In this document: piece by piece, positions 1 to 9,700 of the stretch | How the letters are laid out: every line of letters starts with the position of its first letter | Numbering within the stretch: position 1 is the first letter of the stretch | Assembly: GCF_936981045.1 (NCBI RefSeq) | Contig: NZ_OW441264.1 | Span: 750,001 to 782,000 of the forward strand | Source: Candidatus Saccharimonadota bacterium | GTDB taxonomy: Bacteria; Bacteroidota; Bacteroidia; Cytophagales; Amoebophilaceae | Reading direction: 5' to 3' | DNA: 32,000 nt | Notes under the pieces: model-generated | What the model was told of the DNA's origin: nothing | Database searches by the model: none | The model's input: the letters and a program-made list of their open reading frames with translations, nothing else | Position numbers and translations under genes: made by a program

Positions 1-123
1 CCGCAACTTTTTCCAAACAGTGTTTTTTCTTGTTTCGTGTTTTCAGAAGGTTGAACCAATTGTTAAAGTAGGTGTTAAGGCGTAACATTAAAGCACTTAA
101 GCGTAGGCTTGTAAAAGCCCTTG

Positions 124-198
124 GGGCGGTTAGCTCAGGTGGTTTAGAGCATTCCGTTGACATCGGAAAGGTCGTTGGTTCGAATCCAATGCCGCCCA
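124..198 (+). tRNA. tRNA-Val (anticodon GAC)
   Basis: Hand-folded cloverleaf, 75 nt. Acceptor gggcggt/gccgccc (7 bp, one G-U). D arm gctc-aggtggttta-gagc. Anticodon arm ttccg-ttGACat-cggaa. 5-nt variable loop. T arm gttgg-ttcgaat-ccaat. Discriminator A, CCA not encoded. The 72..254 ORF overlapping it is spurious. Confidence 0.85.
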
Positions 199-288
199 CA
201 ATATGGACAATATTTAAAACAGCTGCAGTCCTAAGTAGTAGAGATGGTTTTTAAAACCGCATCAATAAATACTAAAATAAATTGATCA

Positions 289-1122
289 TTGCGTACCCAT
301 AGAAGATTTCTGGATTATTTCGAATGTAGGTATCAGTTGGTTATTCGGAATATTGAAAATTTTGCGGAGCATATAACGCCTCCCTTTAGTTATGCAACCC
401 TTATTACAGTATTTTTATCTTGGTTGTGCATAAGTTTTGGCCTCAGCCTATGGCTGGCTAAAACCGTTTTAGCCAAATGGATGAGCCCCATCTATATAGA
501 AACAGAAAATCAAAAAAAAATACTTTCCTTGGCTACTACAGTAGAAGCGTTGGAGCAGCAAATTACCTCCCAAACAAAGTTTATTGCCACCCTTCAAAAA
601 ATCATTCAAGGAAAATCTAAACACCCACTTCGTCCTACAGCCCCTTCTACTATTCTGGAGCCACCAATAGAAACCGCCTCAAAAGCAGAGCCATCTGTAG
701 CAACAGCAACCGGCTCGAAAAGGCCTATTGAAAATAGGCCACCTTTATTGTTTCCCCCTATTAATGGAATGATTACAAAACCATTCCATAGGGAAGGCAA
801 CCATTATGGAATTGATATTGTAGCAAAAGAAAAAGATCCTATTAAAGCGATATCAACCGGAATCGTCATTTTTGCTGATTGGTCCGTTGATACAGGATGG
901 GTTATTGTGATTCAACACTATGATAACATGGTTTCAATCTGTAAACATTGTGCCATTTTATTTAAAAAAGTTGGTAACTTGGTTAGAGCAGGTGATGTAG
1001 TAGCCCTTATGGGCAACTCTGGAGAAATTTCTACGGGGCCACATCTGCACTTTGAGCTTTGGAGAGAAGGCTTTGCACTAAATCCGGAAGACTATATTAA
1101 TTCCCAAAACAATGTTCAATAA
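289..1122 (+). CDS. M23/LytM-family metallopeptidase with N-terminal membrane anchor
   Basis: C-terminal domain has the LytM/M23 signatures HYGIDI, GNSG and GPHLHFEL. N-terminal hydrophobic segment TLITVFLSWLCISFGLSLWLA. Start is a TTG at 289, so the exact start is uncertain. Overlaps the next gene by 11 nt. Confidence 0.85.
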   Translation: MRTHRRFLDYFECRYQLVIRNIENFAEHITPPFSYATLITVFLSWLCISFGLSLWLAKTVLAKWMSPIYIETENQKKILSLATTVEALEQQITSQTKFIATLQKIIQGKSKHPLRPTAPSTILEPPIETASKAEPSVATATGSKRPIENRPPLLFPPINGMITKPFHREGNHYGIDIVAKEKDPIKAISTGIVIFADWSVDTGWVIVIQHYDNMVSICKHCAILFKKVGNLVRAGDVVALMGNSGEISTGPHLHFELWREGFALNPEDYINSQNNVQ

Positions 1123-1618
1123 CAAAATAAAAAGTACAAATCCTGTGGCCATTAGCAACATCATAGGCCAGGGCTCTCACTTAGAAGGCAATATAAACAC
1201 TACAGGCAATTTGCGTATAGAAGGCAAGATAACGGGCGGCATCAAGACAAAAGCAAAAGTAGTTTTAAGCCATACTGCTCAAATAGAAGGCAATATTGTA
1301 GCACAAAATGCTGAAATTGGTGGAGAGGTCAAAGGAACCATAGAAGTTATAGAATTGCTTGTGCTTAAATCAACTGCAACCGTATGGGGCGATATTATTG
1401 CCAACAAACTGATTTTTGAAGAAGGGGCTTGTTTTGATGGAAAGTGTAAAATGGGTAAGGAGCATAAAGCCATACATGACCAAGGGCAAGATTACCTTTC
1501 TGTTGCTGCAGCTGGTCCATCTTCTGAACTTGAAACAGTTGAACGTGCTACGAATCACTCAGAAAATCCAATAGCATCTACCCGCTCAAATCAATCAATC
1601 AATCATTCCTTAAAATGA
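1112..1618 (+). CDS. Bactofilin (polymer-forming cytoskeletal protein)
   Basis: Repetitive beta-helix-type pattern typical of bactofilins: GNLRIEGKITGGIKT.., IEGNIVAQNAEIGGEVKGTIE.., VWGDIIANKLIFEEGACFDGKCKM. ATG at 1112 overlaps the M23 stop. Its stop overlaps the fabV start (ATGA at 1615-1618). Confidence 0.8.
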   Translation: MFNNKIKSTNPVAISNIIGQGSHLEGNINTTGNLRIEGKITGGIKTKAKVVLSHTAQIEGNIVAQNAEIGGEVKGTIEVIELLVLKSTATVWGDIIANKLIFEEGACFDGKCKMGKEHKAIHDQGQDYLSVAAAGPSSELETVERATNHSENPIASTRSNQSINHSLK

Positions 1619-2829
1619 ATAGGCTAATAGAACCAAAGGTACGTGGATGTATATGCACCACCGCCCATCCGGCAGGCTGCGCCCAAAATGTACACGAACA
1701 AATCAAGTATGTAACCAACCATGCTCCAATTGCATCTGGGCCTAAAAAAGTGCTGGTCATAGGTGCATCTACGGGTTATGGCTTAGCCAGCAGAATAGTG
1801 GCTGCTTTTGGTGCCAGAGCCCAGACCATAGGTATCTTTTTTGAGCGAGCAGCTAACGATAAACGCACAGCTTCTGCTGGTTGGTACCATGCAGCTGCTT
1901 TTGAGCAAGCTGCGCATCAAGCGGGACTTTATGCTAAAAGTATTAATGGCGATGCCTTTTCAGATGCCATAAAGCAAGAAGCCATTGCATTAATAAAACA
2001 AGATTGGGGTGGTGCAGTAGATTTGGTGATCTATAGCCTAGCATCCCCGCGTCGCACCCATCCTCGAACGGGTATATCTTTTACATCTGCTTTAAAACCT
2101 ATTGGAGCACCTTATAGCAACAAAACCATTGATATAATAAGTGGTCATCTCTTGAATGTTTGCATTGAGCCTGCAATACCTAAAGAGGTAGTAGATACGG
2201 TTGCGGTTATGGGAGGTGAAGACTGGATCATGTGGATAGAGGCTTTTTTAAAGGAAAGTCTACTAGCTAAGGCTGCACAAACCATAGCGTACACTTATCT
2301 TGGACCTAAGCTAACCGATCCAATCTATTCCAAAGGAACCATTGGGGAAGCGAAAAAGGATTTAGTAGCAGCAAGTAAAATACTACAACAACGGCTTTTC
2401 CCTATTAATGGGAGCGCTTTTATTTCTGTGAATAAAGCATTGGTTACACAAGCAAGTGCAGCCATACCGGTAGTACCTCTTTATATTTCATTGCTTTACA
2501 AGATAATGAAAGCAAAAAAGCTACACGAGGGATGTATAGAACAAATGTACAGGTTGTATGCAGATCGCTTGTATAGGCAAGATGGTAAGGTGCCAGTAGA
2601 TGCACAAGGCCTGATTCGTATAGATGATTGGGAGATCCGAGAAGATGTACAACAAGCTGTTTCGGAGCTTTGGTCGAAGGTAGATGATAAAAATGTAGCT
2701 ACCCTCACTGACTTTGTAGGATATCGTCATGAATTTTACAAATTGTTTGGTTTCAAAATAGAAGGGGTGGATTATACCCAAACGCAGATGGTAGAAGTGC
2801 CCATACCTTCTTTAAATGTTCCTAAATAA
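1615..2829 (+). CDS. fabV: Trans-2-enoyl-CoA/ACP reductase, FabV type
   Basis: 404 aa with the characteristic FabV N-terminus (PKVRGCICTTAHPAGC), Rossmann motif VLVIGASTGYGLASRI, and a YSLASP..R..P motif. Length and layout match FabV/TER enzymes. Confidence 0.9.
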   Translation: MNRLIEPKVRGCICTTAHPAGCAQNVHEQIKYVTNHAPIASGPKKVLVIGASTGYGLASRIVAAFGARAQTIGIFFERAANDKRTASAGWYHAAAFEQAAHQAGLYAKSINGDAFSDAIKQEAIALIKQDWGGAVDLVIYSLASPRRTHPRTGISFTSALKPIGAPYSNKTIDIISGHLLNVCIEPAIPKEVVDTVAVMGGEDWIMWIEAFLKESLLAKAAQTIAYTYLGPKLTDPIYSKGTIGEAKKDLVAASKILQQRLFPINGSAFISVNKALVTQASAAIPVVPLYISLLYKIMKAKKLHEGCIEQMYRLYADRLYRQDGKVPVDAQGLIRIDDWEIREDVQQAVSELWSKVDDKNVATLTDFVGYRHEFYKLFGFKIEGVDYTQTQMVEVPIPSLNVPK

Positions 2830-2843
2830 AGCCTAATCGTTGT

Positions 2844-2887
2844 ATGCCACTTTTTGATGCATCAAAAAGTGGCATATGTATTTTTTC
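2844..2887. terminator. Bidirectional rho-independent terminator between convergent fabV and the Omp85 gene
   Basis: Perfect 16-bp palindromic arms atgccactttttgatg/catcaaaaagtggcat (2844-2875), followed by a T-run (2881-2887). Confidence 0.75.
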
Positions 2888-2888
2888 C

Positions 2889-5219
2889 TTAAAAAGGATA
2901 GCCAATAGCTAAGCTGAAGTTTGGTTTTAACTTATTTAGTTTTTTCCCAGAAGGTTTATGTAACGGAAACGCTAAATCCCCACATAGTACAAAGGTATTG
3001 TGAAAATTTAATCTTAAGCCAAAACCACCTCCTACTGCAAAAGCTTTGTAAAATTTATGAAAATAGAATTGCATTTTTGCTGGTGCATCTTTTGATAACC
3101 GCCAGGTATTTCCTATGTCTAGGAAAAGTGCCCCCTCTAAATATCCAATCAATTTTCGACGTAGTTCTATATTGCCTAGCAAGAGTAAATCTCCTTTTCG
3201 TTCTTCCTTTTTATCTTCTTCGTACGCACCAGGGCCAACCATGTGTCTATCCCAAGCCCGCACGCTACCATGTCCTCCTATTGCATATTGTTTTTCTGGA
3301 TGGACTTTATCTGCTGTTGTATAGCCTTTAGCAACACCTAATTTAGTTTGATAAGCCAGTGTCGTATAGGTGGTAAGGTTAAAAGTATGACGATACTCTG
3401 TATCAAATTTAATATATTTGTACACTTGCAATCCCTTAGGTAAAATCTGCTTAAACGGAAAAAGATGCTCAAATAGTCCTCCATGCTCTATACCAATTGA
3501 AACCATCCATTTATACCTATCTAACGCATTTAGATATAGCGTAGAGATGGCTGCGCTTATGGTAGATATGCATCCTATGCTAGTCAAAAAAGAAGGTGAT
3601 CTTAATCGTGTTTTATCTTCATTTATTTTTGTTGGATCTATGACTTTGGGATAATCAAATACCATTTTAAATGGCGCAAATTGGTAGGAGATATGCTTAC
3701 TATACCAGTCATAGTGTAATATGGCATCTATTTTTTGGCTACTACTGCAAGTAAGTTTTTGGGTGAGACTGTAGCCGATATCCATGGTGGTACTTGGATG
3801 AAGATTTTCCAGCATCAGATTGGTTTTTTTTGGCAGCCAGAATATAAAATGTGGTGTGCTAAATTTGCCATGTAATCCATATGTAATATTTGTTATGGAT
3901 CCTTTCTTATTTGTTATGAACTCTTCCCTAAACGCAATACTTGCCTCTATGTTCAGTATACCTAGTCCACCAACCCGTCTTATAGTAGGGTTTAACTTGA
4001 TAGTAGGACGGAGCCGCTTTAGGTTCAGATTAATACATTCCCCGCCCAATTCTGTTTGCAACCTTACACGTTCATAAGGCTTTGCATGAATATAAATGAC
4101 TAACTGGTCCGCTTCTATTTTGGGGAAAATCGCAATAGATTCAAATGTATTCATTCGATGGAGTCGTTCATAGGTTTCTAGAATTTTACTTTTGTTATAC
4201 AAATCACCAGGTCGAAGGGGTATTTTACCTGCTAGATCGTCTAGGGGATATCGGTCTAATGGAACTAAAAAATCAAGATCTTGGCATATTTTGGTTTGTA
4301 GGTTCGTACTACTTGATTGGTAATCCTTTTGGGTGGTTAGATCTACTACGACACGTCCTATTTTTGTTTTATGATAGGCTACTATAGACTCGGGTATACC
4401 TACTATAGTAGTCACGGCTATGGTATGGTCATCCTGTGATAGAGCGGCTTGAAAGTAGACATATTGTTCATCGAATTCAAAGTAACCATTATCAGACAAT
4501 AAGTTTATAATACGCTCTTGCTCATTGACAAAATCTTGATATTGATAAGCGCAACCTACCTTAATAAAACTTGCATCACTATGGCTAGCTAATAGCGTTC
4601 TTATTGGTTCATAGTTTATTTGTAGACTTGTTGAGGCAATTGTATATATATTTTTTTGCTGTATGTAATAGGTCACACATACTCTTTTTTTCTCAAAATC
4701 CGTTTTACTGGTAACCTCAGCATCCAAATATCCTTTGGAATGCAGATAGTTTAAAAATATTTTTTCATTATGTTGTACATATGTTGGGTTATAGTATAGG
4801 GGTTTTTCACCCATACGCATGAGACGGTTTCCATCTGTCATTATACGTTCTTTTCGTTTAATAAGTTTATCTCGTTTGGCCATGAGTTTCATTTTTTCTT
4901 TTTCACCAGCTGCTTTACTGATGCGGTATGCATATATTTGTTTAATAGATGCGACCTCATTTTTTATCTTTTCAACGTTGAAATGGTTTTGACCCCGTTG
5001 GTAAAGCCATTTTTGAATAGGCATTCCTAAAACAGTAGTGTTAGGTTGGTGGAGGGAACGTTTTTGTAATGCTTTCTTATGCCCATTATGTACAGCTATG
5101 ATTACCTCTTTAATGGGTAAAGCTTCCTGAGCAGTTGCATGTAGACAACTAATAGATAGCAGTAGCCGCATGATGCATGGTAGAATAGCTTTCTTCTTGC
5201 CTAAGAAATAATTTTTCAA
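2889..5219 (-). CDS. Omp85/BamA-TamA superfamily outer-membrane protein, TamL-like lipoprotein
   Basis: 776 aa. N-terminal signal with positively charged n-region (GKKK), hydrophobic core and a Cys (LLLSISC) compatible with a lipobox. Long POTRA-like middle region. C-terminal beta-barrel-like alternating pattern ending in the aromatic terminal residue (..LAIGYPF). TTG start. Confidence 0.7.
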   Translation of the reverse strand: MKNYFLGKKKAILPCIMRLLLSISCLHATAQEALPIKEVIIAVHNGHKKALQKRSLHQPNTTVLGMPIQKWLYQRGQNHFNVEKIKNEVASIKQIYAYRISKAAGEKEKMKLMAKRDKLIKRKERIMTDGNRLMRMGEKPLYYNPTYVQHNEKIFLNYLHSKGYLDAEVTSKTDFEKKRVCVTYYIQQKNIYTIASTSLQINYEPIRTLLASHSDASFIKVGCAYQYQDFVNEQERIINLLSDNGYFEFDEQYVYFQAALSQDDHTIAVTTIVGIPESIVAYHKTKIGRVVVDLTTQKDYQSSSTNLQTKICQDLDFLVPLDRYPLDDLAGKIPLRPGDLYNKSKILETYERLHRMNTFESIAIFPKIEADQLVIYIHAKPYERVRLQTELGGECINLNLKRLRPTIKLNPTIRRVGGLGILNIEASIAFREEFITNKKGSITNITYGLHGKFSTPHFIFWLPKKTNLMLENLHPSTTMDIGYSLTQKLTCSSSQKIDAILHYDWYSKHISYQFAPFKMVFDYPKVIDPTKINEDKTRLRSPSFLTSIGCISTISAAISTLYLNALDRYKWMVSIGIEHGGLFEHLFPFKQILPKGLQVYKYIKFDTEYRHTFNLTTYTTLAYQTKLGVAKGYTTADKVHPEKQYAIGGHGSVRAWDRHMVGPGAYEEDKKEERKGDLLLLGNIELRRKLIGYLEGALFLDIGNTWRLSKDAPAKMQFYFHKFYKAFAVGGGFGLRLNFHNTFVLCGDLAFPLHKPSGKKLNKLKPNFSLAIGYPF

Positions 5220-5486
5220 TTTTCTATATTAAAAATTTTGAAGTTATAGTCTACCTATTTGAAACGCTATCAAAGATACGAGATATAATGGAACAGCTTA
5301 TGCCTTGTATACAAGGCGGACCTATTATGATGCCATATCAAATAAATGTAGTATGTTTAGGGGTAGGTTGATCTACTAGGTCGGTTCGTCCTATTGTATC
5401 TGATTGCGTTAACTGTGGATGGCCTGTTTTGGTGTCCGTTTTATTAAGTTAAATTTAGTCCCTTTTTATTTTTTAAAACTTAGATT

Positions 5487-6497
5487 ATGACTGATCATAC
5501 AGACAAATTAAAAGCGCTACAAATTACCATTGACAAGCTAGAGAAGACATATGGCCGTGGGGCAGTTATGCGGTTAAGCGACAATCATATAGTAGATATT
5601 CCTGTCATTTCCACAGGTTCTCTTGGTTTAGACCTAGCACTAGGGGTAGGTGGGATACCGCGTGGAAGAATTATTGAGATTTATGGACCAGAGTCTTCAG
5701 GAAAAACAACACTTTCTTTACATTGTATTGCAGAGGCGCAAAAAAAAGGCGGGTTCGCTGCTTTTATTGATGCGGAGCATGCTTTTGATAAAAGCTATGC
5801 AGAACGTTTGGGGATAGATACAGAAAACCTGCTCATCTCTCAACCAGATGATGGAGAACAAGCACTAGAAATAGCGGAACATTTGATTCGTTCTGGTAGC
5901 ATAGATATTTTAGTAATTGATTCTGTGGCAGCCTTGGTCCCTCGTAGTGAACTAGAAGGGGATATGGGGGATAGCAAAATGGGGTTACAGGCACGTTTGA
6001 TGTCACAAGCTTTGCGCAAACTGACCGGAACCATTAATAAAACAGGGTGTGCTTGCATTTTTATCAATCAGCTTAGGGAAAAAATTGGTGTGCTATTTGG
6101 CAATCCAGAAACCACTACTGGTGGCAATGCATTAAAGTTCTATGCCTCTGTTCGTTTGGATATTCGTAGCATTACCTCATTAAAAGAGAGTGATGGCACC
6201 GTATCCGGGAAGCGCACACGCGTTAAGATTGTAAAAAATAAAGTAGCCCCTCCTTTTAGAGTGGTTGAGTTTGATATTGTCTATGGGGAAGGCATTTCTA
6301 AAGTAGGAGAACTGATTGATATTGGCGTAGAATTGGGTGTGGTTAAGAAAGCCGGATCTTGGTTTTCCTATGAAGAGCATAAGCTTGCCCAAGGAAGAGA
6401 GGCTAGTAAGGAGCTCTTAAATGACCATCCAGAGCTATTTAGCAAGATAGAAGCAGCTATTAAAGCAAAAATTGCTGGTGCTGTGGATAAGGGCTAG
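5487..6497 (+). CDS. recA: Recombinase RecA
   Basis: Unambiguous RecA sequence: Walker [28 protein letters not shown] motif ([13 protein letters not shown]), [27 protein letters not shown]. Confidence 0.98.
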   Translation: MTDHTDKLKALQITIDKLEKTYGRGAVMRLSDNHIVDIPVISTGSLGLDLALGVGGIPRGRIIEIYGPESSGKTTLSLHCIAEAQKKGGFAAFIDAEHAFDKSYAERLGIDTENLLISQPDDGEQALEIAEHLIRSGSIDILVIDSVAALVPRSELEGDMGDSKMGLQARLMSQALRKLTGTINKTGCACIFINQLREKIGVLFGNPETTTGGNALKFYASVRLDIRSITSLKESDGTVSGKRTRVKIVKNKVAPPFRVVEFDIVYGEGISKVGELIDIGVELGVVKKAGSWFSYEEHKLAQGREASKELLNDHPELFSKIEAAIKAKIAGAVDKG

Positions 6498-6797
6498 CTA
6501 AATATGATTATTGCTCATCACTACCGTATGGAATTGTATTTATTTTTTTCTATATAGTAGTAGATGCAGGGTAAGCAGATGCCTTGTGCTGCCATTCCCC
6601 TTCACTAGGGCTTGTTTTTGCCTTATTAAGGTTAAGCAGTATAGCGCAATATTAAAGCTTGGATCTAGACCCAATTAACCTTATACTTGCAGTATTTAAG
6701 TGTGATGATACTTTATAATCATCAGATTTAGATCCATGCAATAGCTCAAATGCCTAAAGATGTTGCAGCAAGGTCAAAATAGCCCCTTTTACTTGCT

Positions 6798-9700
6798 TTG
6801 AAAAAGATAGAAAAATCTTTGCATAAAAAGTGGTATTTAAGGCCACTTAGCAATCTATTCTGCACTGTAGCCATGCTGATAGCAGCCATGCTGGCTTTAT
6901 TGCACCTGCCTGTGGTACAGCAACAACTGCTTCGTAGTTTAATGGGCTACCTGCATAAAACTACCCATTACCATATTAAGTGTGATGCGTTCCAGTTCAC
7001 CTGGTTGCGCCACATTGCATTAGAGGGTGTAACCGTTGCAGATCCTCAAGACAAGCCCCTATTTACCATGCATCTATGCAAGGGTAGGCTCAATCTATTT
7101 AGTTTACTTTTGCTAAAGCCCAATATGATCGATTCCGTTTCAGTCACAGGAGGACAATTTTTCCTAGAAAAGCATATTGATCAAGATTTTAATATGGTTA
7201 CATTCTATACCAAGGTTATTTTACCCTTTGTACCAGAAGCAAATACAGATCTATATATCAATAAGATTCAACTACATGGCATCAACCTATACTACCATAA
7301 TCAAATAAAAAAACAAAAGGTTAAAGTAGAAAATATAGATCTAGCTATAAGCCATTTCCTTTCCTCTTCGGGGAACCATTCAGGCAACCTTACGCACTTT
7401 TCTTACCAAGAAACAAGTGATATACCACTGGTATTAAAAAATATGATGGGTACATTTAGCATTACCCCTCATCGTATAGTGCTCAAAGATGGTCGCTTGA
7501 TTACAAAATATAGCCATCTACAAGGGGATTGCACACTGAGGCACACCAAACAACTTCCACTTGTTGCTGATCAGGACAACATTGAACTGGAAGCAAGATT
7601 GCATACAACCGTTCTGTCATCGATTGAATTAGGTGCCTTTGCAGATTTTTTTAAAGGCGCTCATACATTATATAAGCTAGATGGCGTAGTCTCTTTAACC
7701 CCTTATGCTATGGCATGGAAAAACTGTAAGCTAGTTTTTGGAGATAGCTATATTGAGAGTACAGGTTGCTATAACCGTGTCGATTCGGATGTCTTAGTGA
7801 AAGCTGGTAAGGTCTATATGCATGACCTACAGAAAAAGCCAGCCCTATATCCAACTCAATTGCAATACGTTAGTATCACCAATGCCACGTTTGTGGGTAA
7901 CACCCAAAAAGCCAAACTAACTGGGGATATTACTACCAATATAGGTACTATACAAACAGATTTAATGGTACACCATTTAGGTAAACCCATACAGGATTTA
8001 ATCGGTAAAATAATCTTGCATAAGGTAGATATAGAGGCCCTGTTCCCCTCTTTTCCTATTCAGTCCCTTTCAGGAAAAGTTTCGATAAAATCAAAAGGAG
8101 AGCACTTCAATGCTCTAGATGCAGTAGCCCATCTAACAGAAATCGGGACCAACCATTATAACTATAAACAGGTACAAGCCTCCTGTATGGTTTCCAATGC
8201 TATGGTGACATTTCATCTAAATAGCCAAGATCCTAATGCAAAGCTAACGGTAGCAGGCAGTTATCATATGGACTCTCAAACGAGTTTAAAGGCAGATGGA
8301 ATAATAGAAGAGGTCCACCTATCAAAACTTGGTTTTGTGCCAATGCCCCTATTACTTAGTACAAAATTTTCATTCAAAATCAGAGATATATTAAGTAAAC
8401 GTCCACGGGGAACAGTTATTTTAAACCAATGTATCGTTCAGGGATTGGCCCAAAAAGTAGCTTGCAAACAGGTTTCGATACATGCTATAGAGCATGAGAA
8501 CAAAGATGTGTTAACCCTTATCTCGCCATTTATAGACTGTAAGCTACAAGGGACATTTACAATGAATGACTTAGCCCATCATATAAGGCATCTTATCGCA
8601 CGACTTAAAAATCCAGTAGATCTGCTCCCTATCCCTGATAAGCTTCATGTAGATTACGCCATCAACTGTAAAAAGATATTGCCAGTATTAAAATGGTTTT
8701 TAGATGATTTATATATATCCCCTGCTACAACCTTTTGGGGTCATTTTGCCTACGATAGAGATTATCATTTTTCCTTCCATCTACCTACCGCATCAACCCT
8801 TTGTTTTAAGAAGTTTAGCTTGGAAAACGTCAAAGTGAAATTGAATGTGGGGCATCTCATGGATGTTCAAAAGCGATTGATTCAGTTATACATTTCTTCA
8901 GACCAGCAAGATTGGCATCAAATATTTCAAACAGATCACCTATACCTTCAGTTATGGATGGATAAAGATAAATTTACCATTTCAAATAGGTTATCCAATC
9001 ATCATGGTCGTCTATCTATAGCTTGTTTCGGTACCCTTACCGATGATGCGATACAAGTTGACCTGCTTCCTTCTAGGCTAACGACCAAGGAAAAAATATG
9101 GACCATACAAACAGACCGTACCAGTTTTATTTCCAAAGCAGCCATAGCCATTGGGAATTTATCTATAACGAGTGGCCAAGAGGCCATTTGCATAGGTGGT
9201 AAACTTGCTCAATTAGATACAAAAGATCCCTTACATTGCACCATACGCCATCTTGCATTAAACTATGCTTCAGCAGTAGGACCGATTAAAGGTATAATAG
9301 ACACTAAGTTAGTAGCCCATCTTCAAAAAGATCAGCTCATAGCAACCGGTAGATTCAGTTTACAAAAAGCTACCATTCAAGACTATGCTGTAGGTACTTT
9401 GCGTACAAAGGTAGATTGGAATCTATTAGAAAATAAATTAGTCCTAGAAGGGGTGCTCCAAAAAGAGGGCAAGAGATTGCTACAGATAGATGGTTGCTAT
9501 GATCTACCCTCTGATAACCTAGCCATCACCACTACATTTGACCACATGAATTTGGATCTACTAAATACTTGGTTTACATCTGTTTGTTCAGATATAAATG
9601 GTAAACTAAGCGGCCAGTTTCAACTAACAGGTAGTCTGGCCGCGCCCAAGCTAAATGGTAAGGGCACAATAGATAAAGGAACATTTAAAATTAACTACTT

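Noticed and set aside
72-254. 60-aa ORF
   Set aside because: It completely overlaps the well-folded tRNA-Val (124-198). Its translation is just the tRNA read as codons.
1590-1606. Short (tcaa)n tandem at the end of the bactofilin gene
   Set aside because: There are only about three units, in frame (NQSINHS). This is too short to call a contingency locus.
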